Part shown: positions 1-7,905 of the stretch, in pieces | Layout: each line of letters opens with the position of its first letter | Numbering within the stretch: the first letter of the stretch is position 1 | From: Gemmatimonadota bacterium | Lineage (GTDB): Bacteria > Gemmatimonadota > Gemmatimonadetes > Gemmatimonadales > GWC2-71-9 | Reading direction: 5' to 3' | Assembly (NCBI GenBank): GCA_036679645.1 | Contig: JAZDCY010000082.1 | Location: 1 to 15,120 of the forward strand | Length of the DNA stretch: 15,120 bases | Made by a program: the position numbers and the translations under genes | The notes under the pieces: generated by a model | What the model was told of the DNA's origin: nothing | Database searches by the model: none | The model's input: only the letters and a program-made list of their open reading frames with translations

Positions 1-1
1 C

Positions 2-118
2 ACGAAGATGACGATATTGCTGATTGCTCCAATAGCGATGGAGGAGGGGCTGCGGTTTGCGATTCGGGAAGGCGGCCGGACGGTAGGCGCCGGGGTAGTG
101 ACGAAGATCATCGAATAG
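2..118 (+). CDS. tuf: Elongation factor Tu, C-terminal fragment (5' truncated by window)
   Basis: Manual translation of frame 2 gives [38 protein letters not shown], the canonical EF-Tu C-terminus. TAG at 116-118. Confidence 0.97.
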   Translation, partial: TKMTILLIAPIAMEEGLRFAIREGGRTVGAGVVTKIIE

Positions 119-136
119 GGTAGTGAGAGACGTCCA

Positions 137-289
137 ATGGCGCGAGACAAAGTCATAATGGAATGCACCGACTGTAGGAGTCGGAACTACTTCACGACGA
201 AGAACCGGCGGACGCACCCGCAGCGTGTCGAGTGGAAGAAATTCTGCTCGCGCTGTGGAGCGCACCGGTTGCACAAGGAGACGAAGTAG
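137..289 (+). CDS. rpmG: 50S ribosomal protein L33 (zinc-ribbon, C+ type), 50 aa
   Basis: Not in the ORF track. Manual translation: [50 protein letters not shown]. Has the L33 motifs NY.T.KN and KKFC..C..H..HKE, two CxxC pairs, and the expected position between tuf and secE. Confidence 0.97.
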   Translation: MARDKVIMECTDCRSRNYFTTKNRRTHPQRVEWKKFCSRCGAHRLHKETK

Positions 290-291
290 CG

Positions 292-507
292 GTGAACGGG
301 GTCGTATCGTTCGCCCAGCGCTCCGGAACCTACGTGCGCGAGGTGCGGGCGGAGGTGCGGAAGGTCACGTGGCCGACGTGGATCGATCTGCGGCGCACGA
401 CGATAGTGATCGTGATCTTCGTCATCGTAGTCGGCTTGATCATCGGGCTCATGGACTGGGTTGCGTCCAAGATCCTGATCGACTTCTTCGGACAGATATT
501 CGGGTGA
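292..507 (+). CDS. secE: Preprotein translocase subunit SecE (single-TM type)
   Basis: Contains EVRAEVRKVTWPT (SecE signature) followed by one hydrophobic helix. GTG at 292 chosen as start (2 nt after rpmG stop, AAGGAG at 275-280); the ORF-track start at 232 overlaps rpmG. Start position less certain than identity. Confidence 0.93.
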   Translation: MNGVVSFAQRSGTYVREVRAEVRKVTWPTWIDLRRTTIVIVIFVIVVGLIIGLMDWVASKILIDFFGQIFG

Positions 508-518
508 TCGGAACGGCC

Positions 519-1061
519 ATGGATGCCAAGTGGTATGCCGTCCAGACGACGGCTGGTCATGAGAACAAGGTCCGGTCGCTGATCGAGCGTCGCATCAACG
601 CCGACTCGAGAGCGGAAGAGGATCGGCTCATCCGGCAGGCACTGGTTCCGACCCAGCAAGTGGTCGAGATCAAGAACGGCAAGAAGGTAACCGTCGAGCG
701 GAAGACGTTCCCTGGGTACGTGCTGGTGGAGATGGCGCTGAATCAGGAGACGACGCACGTCATCAACGGCATCCAGGGCGTGATCAAGTTCGTCGGGCAG
801 GGCTGGACGCCGCAGGCGCTACGACAGGACGAGGTCAATCGGCTCCTCGGTATCGAGGAGAAAGTCGAGAATCAGGAGCCGGAAGAGGAGATCCCGTTCT
901 TGGTCGGGCAAGTCGTGGAGATCATGGAAGGACCGTTCCTGGAGTTCTCCGGAACGGTGGAAGAGGTGCTCTCGGACAAGGGGAAGGTGCGTGTGAGCGT
1001 CAGCCTCTTTGGTCGGCCGACGACAGTCGAGTTGGACTACTTGCAGTTGAAGGGGCACTGA
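519..1061 (+). CDS. nusG: Transcription termination/antitermination factor NusG
   Basis: MDAKWYAVQTTAGHENKV, FPGYVLVEM, and C-terminal KOW domain GQVVEIMEGPF..FSGTV..SLFGRPTTVEL. ATG at 519; the upstream extension to 225 overlaps rpmG/secE and is spurious. Confidence 0.97.
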   Translation: MDAKWYAVQTTAGHENKVRSLIERRINADSRAEEDRLIRQALVPTQQVVEIKNGKKVTVERKTFPGYVLVEMALNQETTHVINGIQGVIKFVGQGWTPQALRQDEVNRLLGIEEKVENQEPEEEIPFLVGQVVEIMEGPFLEFSGTVEEVLSDKGKVRVSVSLFGRPTTVELDYLQLKGH

Positions 1062-1187
1062 GGCGGGAAACCGAGCGGGCCGCCGCAACTGCGGCAGTGG
1101 GGACAGGGTGGGGGACCGCCCGCGCACACCACGGCGTTACGTGGGAGCTGAGGGACGCGGTGCGTCCCGGCGACGAGTGAGGAGTTG
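1062..1187 (+). promoter_or_regulatory. Structured rplK leader, candidate L1 autoregulatory site
   Basis: Hairpins seen: CGG-GAAA-CCG (1064-1073), GCCGC-AACT-GCGGC (1082-1095), GTGG(1097-1100)/CCAC(1129-1132) enclosing GGGTGG-GGGA-CCGCCC (1106-1121), and GGGACGC-GGT-GCGTCCC (1152-1168) preceded by GTGGGAG. L1 commonly represses rplKA via a site upstream of rplK; the assignment here is inference. Confidence 0.55.
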
Positions 1188-1613
1188 ATGGCAAAAAAAG
1201 TCGTAGCCTTTGTCAAGCTGCAGGTACCAGCCGGCGCAGCAACGCCTGCGCCGCCTGTTGGCACCGCGCTCGGTCCGCACGGCGTCAACATCATGGATTT
1301 CTGCAAGCAATTCAACGCGAAAACGCAAAGCCAACCGGGCATGATCATCCCGGTCGAGCTGTCGATCTATAAGGATCGGACGTTCAGCTTCATCACCAAG
1401 ACGCCGCCGGCCGCAGTGCTCTTGAAGAAGGAGGCAGGACTCGACAAGGGGTCGCCGGCGCCGAATCGGGAGAAGGTCGGCAAGGTGACATGGGAGCAGG
1501 TCCGCAAGATCGCGGAGACCAAGATGCCGGATCTGAATGCCGCCAATCTGGACGCTGCCTCGAGGATCATTGCTGGCACGGCGCGATCGATGGGCATCGA
1601 GGTGATGGACTAA
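1188..1613 (+). CDS. rplK: 50S ribosomal protein L11
   Basis: [58 protein letters not shown] at 1179-1184 precedes ATG 1188. Confidence 0.98.
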   Translation: MAKKVVAFVKLQVPAGAATPAPPVGTALGPHGVNIMDFCKQFNAKTQSQPGMIIPVELSIYKDRTFSFITKTPPAAVLLKKEAGLDKGSPAPNREKVGKVTWEQVRKIAETKMPDLNAANLDAASRIIAGTARSMGIEVMD

Positions 1614-2299
1614 TGAGCCACGGCAAGAAGTTTCGGTCCGCTGCGGGCACGATCGACCGATCGGAGGCGCATGCGCCTCGCCCCGCGTTGGACGCGGTGC
1701 AAACGGCATCGTTCGCCAAGTTCGACGAGTCGGTCGACGTTGCGATCAACTTGGGCGTCGATCCGCGCCATGCGGATCAGATCGTTCGCGGCACCGTGGT
1801 TCTACCGCACGGGACGGGGAAGAGCATTCGTGTGCTGGTGCTGGCGCAGGGTGAGAAGGAGAAGGAAGCCGAGGCGGCCGGAGCGGATTTCATCGGGCCG
1901 GACTACATCCAGAAAATCAAGGATGGGTGGCTCGACTGCGACGTGATTGTGGCCACACCGGACATGATGGGTAAGGTCGGGCCGCTAGGCCGGATTCTGG
2001 GGCCCCGCGGGTTGATGCCGAACCCGAAGTCTGGGACGGTGACGATGGATGTCGCGAGCGCGGTCAAGGAGGTCAAGGCCGGCAAGATTGAGTTCCGTGT
2101 GGACAAGACGGGGAACCTCCACGCGCCGATCGGAAGGGTCTCGTTCTCACTCGAACAACTCGACGAGAACCTCAACGCATTTGTGGATGCCGTACAGCGC
2201 GCCAGGCCGTCGGCGGCGAAGGGGACCTACATCAAGTCGGTCACCGTTTCGAGCACGATGGGGCCCGGAGTTTCGGTAGACACCGCGGAGTATCGATGA
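1613..2299 (+). CDS. rplA: 50S ribosomal protein L1
   Basis: [65 protein letters not shown] overlaps the rplK stop (TAATG, 1611-1615). Confidence 0.98.
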   Translation: MSHGKKFRSAAGTIDRSEAHAPRPALDAVQTASFAKFDESVDVAINLGVDPRHADQIVRGTVVLPHGTGKSIRVLVLAQGEKEKEAEAAGADFIGPDYIQKIKDGWLDCDVIVATPDMMGKVGPLGRILGPRGLMPNPKSGTVTMDVASAVKEVKAGKIEFRVDKTGNLHAPIGRVSFSLEQLDENLNAFVDAVQRARPSAAKGTYIKSVTVSSTMGPGVSVDTAEYR

Positions 2300-2820
2300 A
2301 TCGTACTGACAAGGCTGCGGTCGTCTCGCGTCTGCAGGAACGGCTCGGTCGGTTACCGAACGTGTACCTCACGGACTTTACCGGCATCGCGGTAAAACAG
2401 ATGACAGATCTGCGGCGGCGGTTTCGGACGGCTGGGGTGGAGTACCTGGTGGTCAAGAACACGCTGGCTCAGCTCGCCTTGCGAGCCACTGACCTCAGCG
2501 TGCTGGCGAACGAGGACCTCACGGGCCCCACGGGATTCGTGCTGTCGGACGACGCAATCACGGCCGCGAAGATCATTGCGGATTTTCAGAAGGAGACGAA
2601 TACGCTCACGGTCAAGTCTGGCTATGTAGACGGCTGCGCCGTGACGGCTGAAGACGTGCAGCGCCTCGCCAGGCTTCCCTCACGGGACCAACTCCTGAGC
2701 GAGTTCGCCAGCGGACTGCAGTCCCCGTTGCAGGGCCTGCTCGGTGTAATGAATGGCATGTTGACCCAGGTTGTTGGCGCCCTCGAGGCGCTTCGCGAGC
2801 AGCGCGCCACCGCTGCGTAG
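2296..2820 (+). CDS. rplJ: 50S ribosomal protein L10
   Basis: [49 protein letters not shown] overlap with the rplA stop. Confidence 0.97.
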   Translation: MNRTDKAAVVSRLQERLGRLPNVYLTDFTGIAVKQMTDLRRRFRTAGVEYLVVKNTLAQLALRATDLSVLANEDLTGPTGFVLSDDAITAAKIIADFQKETNTLTVKSGYVDGCAVTAEDVQRLARLPSRDQLLSEFASGLQSPLQGLLGVMNGMLTQVVGALEALREQRATAA

Positions 2821-2838
2821 AACCGGTTGGAGAGAGCA

Positions 2839-3225
2839 ATGGCGACCACGACTCTGAGCAAGGAAGAAATCCTCGACGCGATCAGCAACATGTCGGTGAT
2901 GGAACTAGCCGACCTGATCGAGGCGTTCAAGGAGAAGTTCAATGTCACGATTGCGGCGGCGCCGGTCGCGGCGGCCCCGGCCGGCGGCGAGGCTGCTGCC
3001 GTGGTCGAGGAGAAGGTCGAGTTCACCGTCGTGCTGACCAGTGTCGGGTCGAAGAAGATCCAGGTCATCAAGGCTGTGCGCGAGGTGACGTCGTTGGGGC
3101 TGAAAGAGGCGAAGGATCTCGTTGACGGTGCCCCGAACAACGTCAAGGAGGGCATCTCGAAAGACGAGGCCGAAACCATCAAGCAGAAGCTCGAAGAGCA
3201 GGGTGCCACCGTCGAGCTGAAGTAG
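2839..3225 (+). CDS. rplL: 50S ribosomal protein L7/L12
   Basis: [19 protein letters not shown], Ala-rich hinge, [34 protein letters not shown] at 2829-2832 supports ATG 2839. Confidence 0.98.
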   Translation: MATTTLSKEEILDAISNMSVMELADLIEAFKEKFNVTIAAAPVAAAPAGGEAAAVVEEKVEFTVVLTSVGSKKIQVIKAVREVTSLGLKEAKDLVDGAPNNVKEGISKDEAETIKQKLEEQGATVELK

Positions 3226-3322
3226 CGCGCGCCACGTGCTCGTCCATTGTGGGCGGGCTCGTTTCTGGCAACGCGTACTTCGGCCCGGACGGTATGACAC
3301 CACACGACGACGTATTCGAATC

Positions 3323-3402
3323 ATCCTGCTCGCAAAGCGAGCCCCGAACCCAGCCCTGTCGGACGGCAGGGTGGGACGGGGCCGTTTGCGCTGCGTGAGG
3401 AT
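3323..3402 (+). promoter_or_regulatory. Long imperfect hairpin in the rplL-rpoB spacer overlapping the rpoB Shine-Dalgarno
   Basis: Nested complementarity: ATCCT(3323-27)/AGGAT(3398-3402), CGCAAA(3331-36)/TTTGCG(3385-90), GCCCCG/CGGGGC, CCC/GGG, and GCCCTGTC-GGAC-GGCAGGGT. No U-tract follows. Confidence 0.55.
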
Positions 3403-3407
3403 CGCTG

Positions 3408-6400
3408 ATGAACACTAGGCTGCCGGTTATTTCGTTTGGGAAGCTGGAGGCGGGGATGCCGATGCCGCATCTCCTCGATATCCAGATACGGTCGTTCCGG
3501 GCCCTCCTCGCTCCCGAGGACGCCGGGTTCGCGCCCGACCTCGGGCTGAAGCGGGTCTTCAACGATGTCTTCCCCGTCACGGACGTAAACGGGAACTATT
3601 CGCTCGAGTTCGTGAAGTTCGCGCTCGGCCAACCCAAGTACACGGTCGAGGAGTGCATCGAGCGAGACATGACGCACTCTGCCTCGCTCAAGGCAACGCT
3701 GCGGCTCGTCGTACACGAGACACTAGAGAGCGGTGAGAAGCGCCCGTCGAACATCATCGAGAAAGAGGTCTATCTCGGTGAGCTTCCTATCATCACGCCG
3801 CTCGGCACGTTCGTGATCAACGGGGCCGAACGGGTTGTGGTCTCGCAGCTGCACCGGTCGCCGGGCGTCGTATTCGAGGAGTCGGTCCATCCCAACGGGC
3901 AGCATCTGCACAGTGCTCGGATCATTCCGTTCCGCGGATCGTGGGTCGAGTTCACGGTGGACATCCACGACGTCATCTACGTGCACATCGACAAGAAGAA
4001 GAAATTCCCCGCGACCGCACTCCTGCGAGCGTTCGGATACGGATCGAACAGTGATGTTCTGGGTCTGTTCTACGCCACGAGGTCGATTGACCTCACGAAA
4101 CAGCTAGGCGAACGTGAGTTGCGCCGCGGTGTGCTCGGATCGCTGATCGCGGAGGATATTGCCAATCCCGATGGTGAGGGCGATCCGCTCGCGCGCGAGG
4201 GGGATGAGATGACCCCGGAGCGGTACGAGGCCCTGCGGACGGCCGGGGTGAAGAAGATCCGAGCCTTCGCGCGATACCAGGCAATCGATGTCCGGGATGA
4301 CGATCGTCCGACGACAATTCGCGACGCGGACGAGAAGCCGATTCTCGCCTTCGATGTGCCGGACCCGGAGACGGGTGAGATGCTACTCGCCGCCGGTAAG
4401 GCACTGACCGACGCGGCGAAGCGGAAATTGAGCAAGGCGGGTGCGTACAAGGTGGACGTGCTGCTCTCGTCATCCCGCTCCGAGTCGGCGCTGATCAAGA
4501 ACACGCTGGCCAAGGACCCGACCTCTACCGAGGCCGAGGCGCTCGAACAGATCTACGCGCTCCTCCGGCCGGGTGATGCCCCGAATCTCGAGACGGCCCG
4601 TGCGGCGCTCGAGCGGTTGTTCTTCAATCCCAGAAGGTATGACCTCGGTCGAGTCGGGCGGTACAAGATCAACCAACGTCTGAAGGTCCGTGTCCCAGAG
4701 ACGCATACCGTGCTGACGGAGGACGACTTCATCGCGATCGTGCGGTACCTGCTCGAGTTGTCGGAAGGGCGAGGCCACACGGACGATATCGACCACCTCG
4801 GTAACCGCCGCGTGCGGACCGTCGGTGAATTGATCGCCAATCAGTTCTCGGTGGGGCTCTCGCGCATGGCGCGGCTCATCAAAGAACGGATGAGCATCAA
4901 CAACGATCCCGAAAAGATCACGCTCGACGATCTCGTCAACGCGCGCACCGTGAGCGCAGTGATCCAGGCGTTCTTCGGCAGCTCGCAGCTATCGCAGTTC
5001 ATGGACCAGACCAACCCGCTGGCGGAGCTTACACACAAGCGCCGCCTCAGCGCGTTGGGGCCGGGCGGTCTCACGCGAGAACGCGCGGGTTTCGAGGTGC
5101 GGGACGTCCATTACTCGCAGTACGGACGTATGTGTCCCATCGAGACTCCCGAGGGTCCGAACATCGGTCTCATCACGAGCCTGTCGACATACGCGCGCGT
5201 GAATGATCTCGGGTTCCTCGAGACGCCGTACAGGCACGTCCGGGACGCGCACGTGACAGAGGACATCCGGTGGTTGTCGGCATCCGAAGAGGAGGAGTAC
5301 GCGGTTGCGCAGGCGAACGCGCCGCTGGACGCGAAGGGCCGGTTCGTCCGCGACCTTGCGCTTTGCCGGAAACGCGATGACTACCCGCTGCTCGCGCCGG
5401 ACCGCATCGACTTCATGGATGTGGCGCCGGAACAGCTCGTGTCGATTGCGGCCGCGCTGATTCCCTTCCTCGAGCACGACGATGCCAACCGCGCGCTCAT
5501 GGGCAGCAACATGCAGCGCCAGTCGGTGCCGTTGCTCTTCCCCCAGGCGCCGTTGGTCGGTACGGGATTGGAGGAGCGAGTCGCACGCGATTCGGGCGCG
5601 GTGGTCATCGCCCGTCGCGAGGGCATCGTCAGCAAGGTCACGGCGGACGAGATCATCATAGATACCGGTCTCGACCGGTCGTCGGGCGAGAAGGTCCCGC
5701 TTGCGCGCCTGATGCAGCACGATCGTTACCGGCTCAAGAAGTTCTGGCGCACGAACCAGGATACGGCCATCAATCAGCGGCCGCTGGTTGGGGTGGCCGA
5801 TCGCGTTGCGGCGGGTCAGATCGTGGCTGACGGTCCGGCAACGGAGCGAGGCGAGTTGGCCTTGGGTGCCAACGTGCTCGTTGCGTTCATGCCGTGGTAC
5901 GGGCACAACTTTGAGGACGCCATCGTCCTGTCCGAGCGGCTGGTCAAGGATGACGTGTACAGCTCGATTCACATTCAGGAATTGGAGTTGCACGTCCGCG
6001 ATACGAAGCGCGGGCAGGAAGAGATCACGCGCGAGATTCCGAACGTCTCGGAAGAGGCACTGGTCGATCTCGACGAGCGTGGGATCATTCGCATCGGTGC
6101 GCACGTCAAGTCGGGCGACATCCTCGTGGGGAAGATCACACCCAAGGGCGAGACGGAGTTGTCTCCTGAAGAGAAACTGCTCACTGCAATCTTCGGCGAG
6201 AAGGCGAAGGACGTCAAGGATTCGTCGCTCAAGGTCTCACCGGGGATGGAAGGTGTCGTAATCGACGTGAAGATCTTCTCGCGGATCGAAGATCAGGTCG
6301 TCGAGAAGGACCGGGGCGAGCGGATCGGTGACGTGCGCCGACTCGAAAACGAAGAGAAGGCCCGGATCAGTACGGTCCTGTTCGATGAACTCACCGATCT

Positions 6401-7892
6401 CCTCACCGGCCAGGAAGTCGCCGTCATGCTCAAGAACGGCACGGTCGAGGAGTATCTTTCGGAGGGCGCGACGCTGTCGAAGGTGGTGCTCGCGGACACG
6501 AATCTCGCCGACGTAGACCTCAAGACGTTGCGCGTCAAGTCGAAGCCGGCCAATGAGCGCCTGCGAGCTGCCATCGAGGCGGCCAACGACGAGCGGGCGA
6601 AGATCGAAGAGAAGGCGGAGGACCAGATCGACAAGATCCTCCAGCCGGACGAGTTGCCGCCGGGCGTGATTCAGCTCGTGAAGGTCTATCTGGCCGAGAA
6701 GCGGAAGATCTCCGTCGGCGACAAGATGGCCGGCCGGCACGGAAACAAGGGGATCATCGCGCGGATCGTCCCGGAAGAGGACATGCCGTTTCTCCCGGAC
6801 GGTCGGCCGGTGGACATCGTGCTCAACCCGCTCGGCGTCCCGAGCCGTATGAACGTCGGGCAGCTGTTGGAGACCCATTTGGGGTGGGCCGCCCAGATCC
6901 TGGGCTTCGAGGCGAAGACCCCGGTCTTCCAGGGAGCGTCTGAGGCGGAGATCGGCGTGCTCCTGCGGCTTGCCGGCGTGCGCTGGGCCAGCGAGGCGCT
7001 GCAAATTCCGGGATCGCCGCCCGAACTCCCGCCCGACCTCGTGCGCCACGTCATCGACGACGTCAACAAGCTCCCGCCGACGAACGGGGGACCACCAGAT
7101 CTGGCCAGCTTCCGGATCGACGTGCTCGGGAGCCGGACGCTAGGTCAGGAGACGCGGAACCTGTTTCGCGGCATCCGCGATTTTCTCGAGGCCGCGGCGA
7201 AGGAGTTGGCACGGCGTGCCCACGCCGAAGCTGAGACGCAGGTTACCGACCAGCAGGGACGGCTCGCCGTCGAGGACCTCGATAAGGCCGAGACGACCAA
7301 CCTGAAGGCCGGTATCAAGGAATCCCAGAAGCTCGTGTCCTCCAGCGCGGCGGAGATCCTGGAGGCGCGCGCGCTGCCGGCGCTGGCGAAGTTGCTCGGG
7401 CCAAAGAGCGAGGCGGACGTCGAGGAGGCCGCGCGCGAGTTTCTCGCGGTGGCGGGATTGCTGCCGGCGGGCAAGTGCCGGCTTCGCGACGGGCGCACCG
7501 GCGACTGGTTTGCGTCGCAGGTTACCGTCGGGTCGATCTACATGATGAAGCTGTCGCACCTCGTCGACGACAAGATCCACGCACGCTCCATCGGGCCTTA
7601 CAGTCTGGTGACGCAGCAGCCACTGGCCGGGAAAGCCCAGTTTGGCGGGCAGCGGTTTGGGGAGATGGAGGTTTGGGCACTCGAGGCATACGGGGCAGCG
7701 CACGTCCTGCAGGAGATGCTGACCGTGAAGTCGGACGACGTCAACGGCCGCAGCCGTGTGTACGAGGCGATCGTCAAGGGACAGAACCTGCCCGAACCCG
7801 GCATCCCCGAATCCTTCAACGTCCTGGTGAAGGAGCTTCAGGCACTCGGTCTGAAGGTCACGCTTGGGACCACCGAGGACAGCGAAGAGTAG
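3408..7892 (+). CDS. rpoB: DNA-directed RNA polymerase subunit beta (1494 aa, with lineage-specific insertions)
   Basis: [88 protein letters not shown] at 3397-3400 precedes ATG 3408. Confidence 0.99.
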   Translation: MNTRLPVISFGKLEAGMPMPHLLDIQIRSFRALLAPEDAGFAPDLGLKRVFNDVFPVTDVNGNYSLEFVKFALGQPKYTVEECIERDMTHSASLKATLRLVVHETLESGEKRPSNIIEKEVYLGELPIITPLGTFVINGAERVVVSQLHRSPGVVFEESVHPNGQHLHSARIIPFRGSWVEFTVDIHDVIYVHIDKKKKFPATALLRAFGYGSNSDVLGLFYATRSIDLTKQLGERELRRGVLGSLIAEDIANPDGEGDPLAREGDEMTPERYEALRTAGVKKIRAFARYQAIDVRDDDRPTTIRDADEKPILAFDVPDPETGEMLLAAGKALTDAAKRKLSKAGAYKVDVLLSSSRSESALIKNTLAKDPTSTEAEALEQIYALLRPGDAPNLETARAALERLFFNPRRYDLGRVGRYKINQRLKVRVPETHTVLTEDDFIAIVRYLLELSEGRGHTDDIDHLGNRRVRTVGELIANQFSVGLSRMARLIKERMSINNDPEKITLDDLVNARTVSAVIQAFFGSSQLSQFMDQTNPLAELTHKRRLSALGPGGLTRERAGFEVRDVHYSQYGRMCPIETPEGPNIGLITSLSTYARVNDLGFLETPYRHVRDAHVTEDIRWLSASEEEEYAVAQANAPLDAKGRFVRDLALCRKRDDYPLLAPDRIDFMDVAPEQLVSIAAALIPFLEHDDANRALMGSNMQRQSVPLLFPQAPLVGTGLEERVARDSGAVVIARREGIVSKVTADEIIIDTGLDRSSGEKVPLARLMQHDRYRLKKFWRTNQDTAINQRPLVGVADRVAAGQIVADGPATERGELALGANVLVAFMPWYGHNFEDAIVLSERLVKDDVYSSIHIQELELHVRDTKRGQEEITREIPNVSEEALVDLDERGIIRIGAHVKSGDILVGKITPKGETELSPEEKLLTAIFGEKAKDVKDSSLKVSPGMEGVVIDVKIFSRIEDQVVEKDRGERIGDVRRLENEEKARISTVLFDELTDLLTGQEVAVMLKNGTVEEYLSEGATLSKVVLADTNLADVDLKTLRVKSKPANERLRAAIEAANDERAKIEEKAEDQIDKILQPDELPPGVIQLVKVYLAEKRKISVGDKMAGRHGNKGIIARIVPEEDMPFLPDGRPVDIVLNPLGVPSRMNVGQLLETHLGWAAQILGFEAKTPVFQGASEAEIGVLLRLAGVRWASEALQIPGSPPELPPDLVRHVIDDVNKLPPTNGGPPDLASFRIDVLGSRTLGQETRNLFRGIRDFLEAAAKELARRAHAEAETQVTDQQGRLAVEDLDKAETTNLKAGIKESQKLVSSSAAEILEARALPALAKLLGPKSEADVEEAAREFLAVAGLLPAGKCRLRDGRTGDWFASQVTVGSIYMMKLSHLVDDKIHARSIGPYSLVTQQPLAGKAQFGGQRFGEMEVWALEAYGAAHVLQEMLTVKSDDVNGRSRVYEAIVKGQNLPEPGIPESFNVLVKELQALGLKVTLGTTEDSEE

Positions 7893-7905
7893 GGAGAGAG
7901 TCTAT

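Noticed and set aside
225..518. 98-aa N-terminal extension of NusG in the ORF track
   Set aside because: It overlaps rpmG and secE in other frames; NusG homology starts at ATG 519.
1097..1147. Possible G-quadruplex in the rplK leader
   Set aside because: Only three closely spaced G-tracts, and they are better explained by Watson-Crick hairpins.
1490..1612. N-terminal extension of RplA in the ORF track (likewise RpoC from 7864 and RplL from 2827)
   Set aside because: These overlap upstream genes or the Shine-Dalgarno; downstream ATGs fit homology and RBS placement better.
3226..3407. tRNA, small CDS (3236-3418) or CRISPR-like repeat in intergenic spacers
   Set aside because: No cloverleaf or T-loop in proper context, no repeated units, and the 60-aa ORF has no RBS or recognisable motif and overlaps the rpoB start.
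4969..5185. Possible intrinsic rifampicin resistance in RpoB
   Set aside because: Cluster I ([16 protein letters not shown]) keeps the residues equivalent to E. coli Q513, D516, H526 and S531, and cluster II keeps I572 (GLITSL); this is the sensitive-type sequence.
4989..6104. Long antisense ORFs (371 aa here; also 6237-7049, 9946-10845, 11521-12384, 13605-14525)
   Set aside because: Shadow ORFs expected opposite GC-rich, codon-biased genes; no recognisable motifs.
6978..7457. Intein or mobile intron as explanation for the RpoB insertion
   Set aside because: No N-terminal Cys/Ser block, no His-Asn followed by Cys/Ser/Thr, no LAGLIDADG motif, and the frame is uninterrupted.
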